DNA from: Pristiophorus japonicus
Lineage: Eukaryota
Direction: 5' to 3'
NCBI RefSeq assembly: GCF_044704955.1
Contig: NW_027254532.1
Span: forward strand, 124,001 to 188,000
DNA length: 64,000 bases
Shown piece after piece: positions 53,201 to 64,000 of the stretch. The notes beneath the pieces are model-generated. The model did no database searches, was not told the DNA's origin, and worked only from the letters and a program-made list of their open reading frames with translations. Both the position numbers and the translations under genes were made by a program. How positions within the stretch are numbered: the first letter of the stretch is position 1; each line of letters begins with the position of its first letter.

Positions 53201-56200
53201 CCCAATACATGCAGACTATAGTCGGTCTGGAATGTACCCAATACACACAGACTGTAGTGGGTCTGGAATGTACCCAATACACAACACAGACTGTAGTGTG
53301 TCTGGAATGTGTCCAACACACACAGACTGTAGTGTGTCTGGAATGTACCCAATACACACAGACTGTAGTGTGTTGGAATGTACCCAATACACACAGACTG
53401 TAGTGGGTCTGGAATGTACTCAATACACACAGACTGTATTGGGTCTGGAATGTACCCAATATACACAGACTGTAGTGGGTCTGGAATGTATGCAATACAC
53501 ACAGACTGTCGTGGGTCTGCAATGTACCCAATGCACACAGACTGTAGTGGGTCTGGAATGTACCCAATACACACACAGACTGTAGTGTGTCTGGAATGTG
53601 TCCAACACACACAGACTGTAGTGTGTCTGGAATGTACCCAATACACACAGACTGTCGTGGGTCTGGAATGTACCCAATACACACAGACTGTAGTGTATCT
53701 GGAATGTACCCAATACACACAGACTGTAGTGGGTCTGGAATGTACCCAATACACGCAAACTATCGTGGGTCTGGAATGTACCCAATACATGCAGACTTTC
53801 GTGGGTCTGAAATGTACCCAATACACACAGACTGTAGTGGGTCTGGAATGTACCCAATACACACAGACTGTAGTGGGTCTGGAATGTGCCCAATAGACAC
53901 AGACTGTAGAGGGTCTGAAATGTACCCAATACACACAGACTGTAGTGGGTCTGGAATGTACCCAATACACACACAGACTGTAGTGGGTCTGGAATGTACC
54001 CAATACACACAGACTGCAGTGGGTCTGGAATGTGCCCAATACACACAGACTGTAGTGGGTCTGGAATGTACCCAATACACACAGACTGTAGTGGGTCTGG
54101 AATGTGCCCAATAGACACAGACTGTAGAAGGTCTGAAATGTACCCAATACACACAGACTGTAGTGGGTCTGGAATGTACCCAATACACACACAGACTGTA
54201 GTGGGTCTGGAATGTACCCAATACACGCAGACGAAAGTGGGTCTGGAATGTACCCAATACACGCAGACTATAGTGGGTCTGAAATGTACCCAATACACAC
54301 AGACTGTAGTGGGTCTGGAATGTACCCAATACACGCAGACTAAAGTGGGTCTGGAATGTACCCAATACACACAGACTGTAATGGGTCTGAAATGTACCCA
54401 ATACACACAGACTGTAGTGGGTCTGGAATGTACCCAATACACAAACAGACTGTAGTGTGTCTGGAATGTGTCCAACACACACAGACTGTAGTGTGTCTGG
54501 AATGTACCCAATACACACAGACTGTAGTGGGTCTGGAATGTACGCAATACACACAGACTGTAGTGGATCTGGAATGTACCCAATACACACAGACTGTAGT
54601 GGTTCTGGAATGTACCCAATTCACACAGACTGTAGTGGGTCTGGAATGTGCCCAATACACACAGACTGTAGTGGGTCTGGAATGTACCCAATACACACAG
54701 ACTGCAGTGGGTCTGGAATGTACCCAATACACACAGACTGTAGTGGGTCTGGAATGTACCCAATACACACATACTATAGTGGGTCTGGAATGTACCCAAT
54801 ACACGCAGACTATAGTGGGTCTGAAATGTACTCACTGCACACAGACTGTAGTGGGTCTGGAATGTACCCAATACATGCAGACTATAGTCGGTCTGGAATG
54901 TACCCAATACACACAGACTGTAGTGGGTCTGGAATGTACCCAATACACACACAGACTGTAGTGTGTCTGGAATGTGTCCAACACACACAGACTGTAGTGT
55001 GTCTGGAATGTACCCAATACATGCAGACTATAGTCGGTCTGGAATGTACCCAATACACACAGACTGTAGTGGGTCTGGAATGTACCCAATACACACACAG
55101 ACTGTAGTGTGTCTGGAATGTGTCCAACACACACAGACTGTAGTGTGTCTGGAATGTACCCAATACACACAGACTGTAGTGTGTCTGGAATGTACCCAAT
55201 ACACACAGACTGTAGTGGATCTGGAATGTACCCAATACACACAGACTGTAGTGGGTCTGGAATGTACTCAATACACACAGACTGTATTGGGTCTGGAATG
55301 TACCCAATATACACAGACTGTAGTGGGTCTGGAATGTATGCAATACACACAGACTGTCGTGGGTCTGCAATGTACCCAATGCACACAGACTGTAGTGGGT
55401 CTGGAATGTACCCAATACACACAGACTGTAGTGGGTCTGGAATGTACCCAATACACGCAAACTATCGTGGGTCTGGAATGTACCCAATACATGCAGACTT
55501 TCGTGGGTCTGAAATGTACCCAATACACACAGACTGTAGTGGGTCTGGAATGTACCCAATACACACAGACTGTAGTGGGTCTGGAATGTGCCCAATAGAC
55601 ACAGACTGTAGAGGGTCTGAAATGTACCCAATACACACAGACTGTAGTGGGTCTGGAATGTACCCAATACACACACAGACTGTAGTGGGTCTGGAATGTA
55701 CCCAATACACACAGACTGCAGTGGGTCTGGAATGTGCCCAATACACAGAGACTGTAGTGTGTCTGGAATGTGCCCAATACACACAGACTGTAGTGGGTCT
55801 GGAATGTACCCAATACAGACAAACTGCAGTGGGTCCGGAATGTACCCAATACACACAGACTGTAGTGGGTCTGGAATGTACCCAATACACGCAGACTATA
55901 GTGGGTCTGAAATGTACCCAATACACACAGACTGTAGTGAATCTGGAATGTACCCAATACACACAGACTGTAGTGGGTCTGGAATGTACCCAATACACAC
56001 AGACTGTAGTGGGTCTGGAATGTACCCAGTACACACAGACTGCAGTGGGTCTGGAATGTACCCAATATACACAGACTTTAGTGGGTCTGGAATGTATACA
56101 ATACACACAGACTGTCGTGGGTCTGCAATGTACCCAATACACACAGAGTGTAGTGGGTCTGGAATGTACCCAACACACACAGACTGTAGTGGGTCTGGAA

Positions 56201-59200
56201 TGTACCCAATACACACAGACTGGAGTGGGTCTGGAATGTGCCCAATACACACAGACTGTAGTGTGTCTAGAATGTGCCCAATACACACAGACTGCAGTGG
56301 GTCTGGAATGTGCCCAATGCACAGAGACTGTAGTGTGTCTGGAATGTGCCCAATACACACAGACTGTAGTGGGTCTGGAATGTACCCAATACACACAAAC
56401 TGCAGTGGGTCTGGAATGTACCCAATACACACAGACTGTAGTGGGTCTGGAATGTACCCAATACACGCAGACTATAGTGGGTCTGGAATGTACCCAATAC
56501 ACGCAGACTATAGTGGGTCTGAAATGTACCCAATACACACAGACTAGTGGGTCTGGAATGTACCCAATACACGCAGATTATAGAGGGTCTGGAATGTACC
56601 CAATACACACAGACTGTAGAGGGTCTGAAATGTACCCAATACACACAGACTGTAGTGGGTCTGGAATGTACCCAATACACACACAGACTGTAGTGGGTCT
56701 GGAATGTACCCAATACACACAGACTGCAGTGGGTCTGGAATGTGCCCAATACACAGAGACTGTAGTGTGTCTGGAATGTGCCCAATACACACAGACTGTA
56801 GTGGGTCTGGAATGTACCCAATACAGACAAACTGCAGTGGGTCCGGAATGTACCCAATACACACAGACTGTAGTGGGTCTGGAATGTACCCAATACACGC
56901 AGACTATAGTGGGTCTGGAATGTACCCAATACACGCAGACTATAGTGGGTCTGAAATGTACCCAATACACACAGACTGTAGTGAATCTGGAATGTACCCA
57001 ATACACACAGACTGTAGTGGGTCTGGAATGTACCCAATACACACAGACTGTAGTGGGTCTGGAATGTACCCAGTACACACAGACTGCAGTGGGTCTGGAA
57101 TGTACCCAATATACACAGACTTTAGTGGGTCTGGAATGTATACAATACACACAGACTGTCGTGGGTCTGCAATGTACCCAATACACACAGAGTGTAGTGG
57201 GTCTGGAATGTACCCAATACACACAGACTGTAGTGGGTCTGGAATGTACCCAATACACACAGACTGGAGTGGGTCTGGAATGTGCCCAATACACACAGAC
57301 TGTAGTGTGTCTAGAATGTGCCCAATACACACAGACTGTAGTGGGTCTGGAATTTATCCAATACACACAGACTTTAGTGGGTCTGGAATGTACCCAATAA
57401 ACACAGACTGTAGTGGGTCTGGAATGTACCCAATACACACAGACTGTAGTGGGTCTGGAATGTACCCAATACACACAGACTGTCGTGGGTCTGGAATGTA
57501 CCCAATACACACAGACTGTCGTGGTTCTGGAATGTACCCAATACACACACAGACTGTAGTGTGTCTGGAATGTGTCCAACACACACAGACTGTTGTTGTG
57601 TCTGGAATGTACCCAATGCACACAGACTGTAGTGGGTCTGGAATGTACCCAGTACACACAGAATGTAGTGGGTCTGGAATGTACCCAATACGCACAGACT
57701 GTAGTGTGTTGGGAATGTACCCAATTCACACAGACTGTAGTGGGTCTGGAATGTACCCGATACACACAGACTGTAGTGGGTCTGGAATGTGCCCAATACA
57801 CACAAACTACAGTGGGTCTGGAATGTGCCCAATACACACAGAATGCTGTCGGTCTGGAACGTACCCAATACACACAGACTGTAGTGTGTCGGGAATGTAC
57901 CCAATACACACAGACTGTAGTGGGTCTGGAATTTACCCAATACACACAGACTGTAGTTGGTCTGGAATGTGCCCAATACACACAGACTGTAGTGTGTCTG
58001 GAATGTTCCCAATACATACAGACTGTCGTGGGTCTTCAATGTACACAATACACACATACTGTAGTGGGTCTGGCATGTACCCAATACACACAGACTGTAG
58101 TGGGTCTGGAATGTGCCCAATACACTCAGACTGTAGTGGGTCTGGAATGTGCCCAATACACACAGACTGTAGTGGGTCTGGAATGTACACAATACACGCA
58201 AACTGTAGTGGGTCTGGAATGTCCCCAATACACACAGACTGTCGTGGGTCTGGAATGTACCCAGTACACACACAGACTGTATTGTGTCTGGAATGTGTCC
58301 AACACACGCAGACTGTCGTGTGTCTGGAATGTAACCAATACGCACAGACTGTAGTGTGTCGGGAATGTACCCAATTCACACAGACTGTAGTGGGTCTGGA
58401 ATGTACCCAATACACACAGACTGTAGTTGGTCTGGAATGTGCCCAAAACACACAGACTGTAGTGTGTCTGGAATGTGCCCAATACATACAGACTGTCGTG
58501 GATCTGCAATGTACCCAATACACACAGACTGTAGTGGGTCTGGAATGTACCCAATACACACAGACTATAGTGGATCTGGAATGTGCCCACTACACACAGA
58601 CTGTCGTGGGTCTGGAATGTACCCAATATACACAGACTGTAGTGTGTCTGGAATGTATACAATACACACAGACTGTCGTGGGTCTGCAATGTACCCAATA
58701 CACACAGACTGTAGTGGGTCTGGAATGTACCCAATACACACAGACTGTAGTGGGTCTGGAATGTACCCAATACACACAGACTGTAGTGGGTCTGGAATGT
58801 GCCCAATACACACAGACTGTAGTGTGTCTGGAATGTGCCCAATACACACAGACTGTAGTGGGTCTGGAATGTACCCAATACACACAGACTGTAGTGGGTC
58901 TGGAATGTACCCAATACACCCAGACTGTAGTGGGTCTGGAATGTACCCAATACACGCAGACTATAGTGGGTCTGGAATGTACCAAATACACACAGACTGT
59001 AATGGGTCTGGAATGTAACCAATACACCCAGACTGTAGTGGGTCTGGAATGTACCCAATACACGCAGACTATAGTGGGTCTGGAATGTACCAAATACACA
59101 CAGACTGTAATGGGTCTGGAATGTAACCAATACACACAGACTGTAGTGTGTCTGGAATGTACCCAATACACACAGACTGTAATGGGTCTGGAATGTACCC

Positions 59201-62200
59201 AATACACACAGACTGTAGTGGGTCTGGAATGTACCCAAGGCACACAGAATGTAGTGGGTCTGGAATGACCCAATACACACAGACTGTAGTGGGTCTGCAA
59301 TGTACCCAATACACACAGACTTTAGTGGGTCTGGAATGTACCCAATACACACAGACTGTAGTGGGCCTGGAATGTACCCAATACACACAGACTGCAGTGG
59401 GTCTGGAATGTGCCCAATACACACAGACTGTAGTGGGTCTGGAATGTACCCAATACACACAGACTGTAGTGGGTCTGGAATGTACCCAATACACAGAGAC
59501 TGTAGTGGGTCTGGAATGTACCCAATACACACAGACTGTAGTGGGTCTGGAATGTACCCAATACACACAGACTGCAGTGGGTCTGGAATGTGCCCAATAC
59601 ACACAGACTGTAGTTGGTCTGGAATGTACCCAATACGCACAGACTGTAGTGTGTCGGGAATGTACCCAATACACACAGACTGTAGTGGGTCTGGAATTTA
59701 CCCAATACACACAGACTGTAGTTGGTCTGGAATGTGCCCAATAGACACAGACTGTAGTGTGTCTGGAATGTGCCCAATACATACAGACTGTCGTGGGTCT
59801 GCAATGTACCCAATACACACAGACTGTAGTGGGTCTGGAATGTACCCAATACACACAGACTGTAGTGGGTCTGGAATGTGCCCAATACACACAGACTGTC
59901 GTGGGTCTGCAATGTACCCAATTCACACAGACTGTAGTGGGTCTGGAATGTACCCAATACACACAGACTGTAGTGGGTCTGGAATGTACCCAATACACAC
60001 AGACTGTAGTGTATCTGGAATGTGCCCAATACACACAGACTGTAGTGGGTCTGGAATGTACCCAATACACGCAAACTATCGTGGGTCTGGAATGTACCCA
60101 ATACATGCAGACTTTCGTGGGTCTGAAATGTACCCAATACACACAGACTGTAGTGGGTCTGGAATGTACCCAATACACACAGACTGTAGTGGGTCTGGTA
60201 TGTACCCAATACACACAGATTGTAGTGGGTCTGGAATGTACCCAATACTCACAGACTGTAGAGGGTCTGGAATGTGCCCAATACACACAGACTGTCGTGG
60301 GTCTGCAATGTACCCAATACACACAGACTGTAGTTGGTCTGGAATGTGCCCAATACACACAGACTGTCGAGAGTCTGGAATGTGCCCAATACATACAGAC
60401 TGTCGTGGGTCTGGAATGTGTCCAATACACACAGACTGTAGTGGGTCTGGAATGTACCCAATACACACAGACTGTAGTGGGTCTGGAATGTACCCAATAC
60501 ACACAGACTGTAGTGGATCTGGAATGTGCCCAATACACACAGACTGTAGTGTGTCTGGAATGTACCCAATACACACAGACTGTAGTGGGTCTGGAATGTA
60601 CCCAATACACACAGACTGTAGTGGGTCTGGAATGTACCCAATACACACAGACTGTAGTGGGTCTGGAATGTGCCCAATACACACAGACTGTAGTGGGTCT
60701 GGAATGTACCCAATACACACAAACTGCAGTGGGTCTGGAATGGACCCAATACACACAGACTGTAGTGGGTCTGGAATGTACCCAATACACGCAGACGAAA
60801 GTGGGTCTGGAATGTACCCAATACACGCAGACTATAGTGGGTCTGAAATGTACCCAATACACACAGACTGTAGTGGGTCTGGAATGTACCCAATACACGC
60901 AGACTAAAGTGCGTCTGGAATGTACCCAATACACACAGACTGTAATGGGTCTGAAATGTACCCAATACACACAGACTGTAGTGGGTCTGGAATGTACCCA
61001 ATACACACAGACTGTAGTGGGTCTGGAATGTACGCAATACACACAGACTGTAGTGGATCTGGAATGTACCCAATACACACAGACTGTAGTGGGTCTGGAA
61101 TGTACCCAACACACACAGACTGTTGTTGTGTCTGGAATGTACCCAATGCACACAGACTGTAGTGGGTCTGGAATGTACCCAATACACACAGAATGTAGTG
61201 GGTCTGGAATGTACCCAATACGCACAGACTGTAGTGTGTTGGGAATGTACCCAATTCACACAGACTGTAGTGGGTCTGGAATGTACCCGATACACACAGA
61301 CTGTAGTGGGTCTGGAATGTGCCCAATACACACAGACTACAGTGGGTCTGGAATGTGCCCAATACACACAGAATGCAGTCGGTCTGGAACGTACCCAATA
61401 CACACAGACTGTAGTGTGTCGGGAATGTACCCAATACACACAGACTGTAGTGGGTCTGGAATTTACCCAATACACACAGACTGTAGTTGGTCTGGAATGT
61501 GCCCAATACACACAGACTGTAGTGTGTCTGGAATGTTCCCAATACATACAGACTGTCGTGGGTCTTCAATGTACACAATACACACAGACTGTAGTGGGTC
61601 TGGCATGTACCCAATACACACAGACTGTAGTGGGTCTGGAATGTGCCCAATACACTCAGACTGTAGTGGGTCTGGAATGTGCCCAATACACACAGACTGT
61701 AGTGGGTCTGGAATGTACACAATACACGCAAACTGTAGTGGGTCTGGAATGTCCCCAATACACACAGACTGTCGTGGGTCTGGAATGTACCCAGTACACA
61801 CACAGACTGTATTGTGTCTGGAATGTGTCCAACACACGCAGACTGTCGTGTGTCTGGAATGTAACCAATACGCACAGACTGTAGTGTGTCGGGAATGTAC
61901 CCAATTCACACAGACTGTAGTGGGTCTGGAATGTACCCAATACACACAGACTGTAGTTGGTCTGGAATGTGCCCAAAACACACAGACTGTAGTGTGTCTG
62001 GAATGTGCCCAATACATACAGACTGTCGTGGATCTGCAATGTACCCAATACACACAGACTGTAGTGGGTCTGGAATGTACCCAATACACACAGACTATAG
62101 TGGATCTGGAATGTGCCCACTACACACAGACTGTCGTGGGTCTGGAATGTACCCAATATACACAGACTGTAGTGTGTCTGGAATGTATACAATACACACA

Positions 62201-64000
62201 GACTGTCGTGGGTCTGCAATGTACCCAATACACACAGACTGTAGTGGGTCTGGAATGTACCCAATACACACAGACTGTAGTGGGTCTGGAATGTACCCAA
62301 TACACACAGACTGTAGTGGGTCTGGAATGTGCCCAATACACACAGACTGTAGTGTGTCTGGAATGTGCCCAATACACACAGACTGTAGTGGGTCTGGAAT
62401 GTACCCAATACACACAGACTGTAGTGGGTCTGGAATGTACCCAATACACCCAGACTGTAGTGGGTCTGGAATGTACCCAATACACGCAGACTATAGTGGG
62501 TCTGGAATGTACCAAATACACACAGACTGTAATGGGTCTGGAATGTAACCAATACACCCAGACTGTAGTGGGTCTGGAATGTACCCAATACACGCAGACT
62601 ATAGTGGGTCTGGAATGTACCAAATACACACAGACTGTAATGGGTCTGGAATGTAACCAATACACACAGACTGTAGTGTGTCTGGAATGTACCCAATACA
62701 CACAGACTGTAATGGGTCTGGAATGTACCCAATACACACAGACTGTAGTGGGTCTGGAATGTACCCAAGGCACACAGAATGTAGTGGGTCTGGAATGACC
62801 CAATACACACAGACTGTAGTGGGTCTGCAATGTACCCAATACACACAGACTTTAGTGGGTCTGGAATGTACCCAATACACACAGACTGTAGTGGGCCTGG
62901 AATGTACCCAATACACACAGACTGCAGTGGGTCTGGAATGTGCCCAATACACACAGACTGTAGTGGGTCTGGAATGTACCCAATACACACAGACTGTAGT
63001 GGGTCTGGAATGTACCCAATACACAGAGACTGTAGTGGGTCTGGAATGTACCCAATACACACAGACTGTAGTGGGTCTGGAATGTACCCAATACACACAG
63101 ACTGCAGTGGGTCTGGAATGTGCCCAATACACACAGACTGTAGTTGGTCTGGAATGTACCCAATACGCACAGACTGTAGTGTGTCGGGAATGTACCCAAT
63201 ACACACAGACTGTAGTGGGTCTGGAATTTACCCAATACACACAGACTGTAGTTGGTCTGGAATGTGCCCAATAGACACAGACTGTAGTGTGTCTGGAATG
63301 TGCCCAATACATACAGACTGTCGTGGGTCTGCAATGTACCCAATACACACAGACTGTAGTGGGTCTGGAATGTACCCAATACACACAGACTGTAGTGGGT
63401 CTGGAATGTGCCCAATACACACAGACTGTCGTGGGTCTGCAATGTACCCAATTCACACAGACTGTAGTGGGTCTGGAATGTACCCAATACACACAGACTG
63501 TAGTGGGTCTGGAATGTACCCAATACACACAGACTGTAGTGTATCTGGAATGTGCCCAATACACACAGACTGTAGTGGGTCTGGAATGTACCCAATACAC
63601 GCAAACTATCGTGGGTCTGGAATGTACCCAATACATGCAGACTTTCGTGGGTCTGAAATGTACCCAATACACACAGACTGTAGTGGGTCTGGAATGTACC
63701 CAATACACACAGACTGTAGTGGGTCTGGTATGTACCCAATACACACAGATTGTAGTGGGTCTGGAATGTACCCAATACTCACAGACTGTAGAGGGTCTGG
63801 AATGTGCCCAATACACACAGACTGTCGTGGGTCTGCAATGTACCCAATACACACAGACTGTAGTTGGTCTGGAATGTGCCCAATACACACAGACTGTCGA
63901 GAGTCTGGAATGTGCCCAATACATACAGACTGTCGTGGGTCTGGAATGTGTCCAATACACACAGACTGTAGTGGGTCTGGAATGTACCCAATACACACAG
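14298..64000. repeat. 36-bp tandem satellite / very large minisatellite (GGGTCTGGAATGTACCCAATACACACAGACTGTAGT), ~1,380 copies, runs off the window end
   Basis: Uninterrupted head-to-tail array in one orientation: 49,703 bp / 36 is about 1,380 units. Point variants recur, and occasional 34-38 bp units arise mainly from CA-tract slippage. Confidence 0.99.

Noticed and set aside
14298-64000. CRISPR array (36-bp repeat length)
   Set aside because: Units are directly abutting with no unique spacers, there are no cas genes, and the context is vertebrate.
14237-64000. Giant repeat-protein ORFs (up to 2380 aa; MYPIHTDCSGSG, LECTQYTQTVVG, CIGYIPDPLQSV and others)
   Set aside because: The 36-bp unit is a multiple of 3 and stop-free in five of six frames, so long ORFs appear on both strands. 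Frequent 1-2 bp indels switch frames, and the variants show no apparent codon-position bias.
14298-64000. Array of recombination signal sequences or an Ig switch-like region
   Set aside because: The best 23-spacer match, CACACAG-N23-CCAATACAC, fits only 5/7 of the heptamer and 5/9 of the nonamer and lacks the A-tract. The unit has no AGCT and no strong G-strand skew of the kind seen in switch regions.

Overview
This is eukaryotic (vertebrate) DNA, most likely from a cartilaginous fish, inferred from shark-type CR1 and L2 3' ends, a SacSINE1/DeuSINE-like SINE and a Gypsy gag. Bases 1-14.3 kb are a mosaic of five minisatellites, nested retroelements and three related GC-rich MITE-like elements. 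The only convincing host coding sequence is a 351-bp exon at 10070-10420 with phase-1 splice sites at both ends. It encodes an Ig-superfamily V domain whose J-like strand is already joined in the genomic sequence, with no RSS, so it looks like a non-rearranging antigen-receptor-like gene. From 14298 to the window end is one ~49.7-kb tandem array of a 36-bp unit (GGGTCTGGAATGTACCCAATACACACAGACTGTAGT, ~1,380 copies) with kb-scale higher-order duplications. Almost all long ORFs in the track are artefacts of these repeats. There is no CRISPR array and no rRNA or tRNA gene. All family assignments come from motif recognition by eye, not from database searches.
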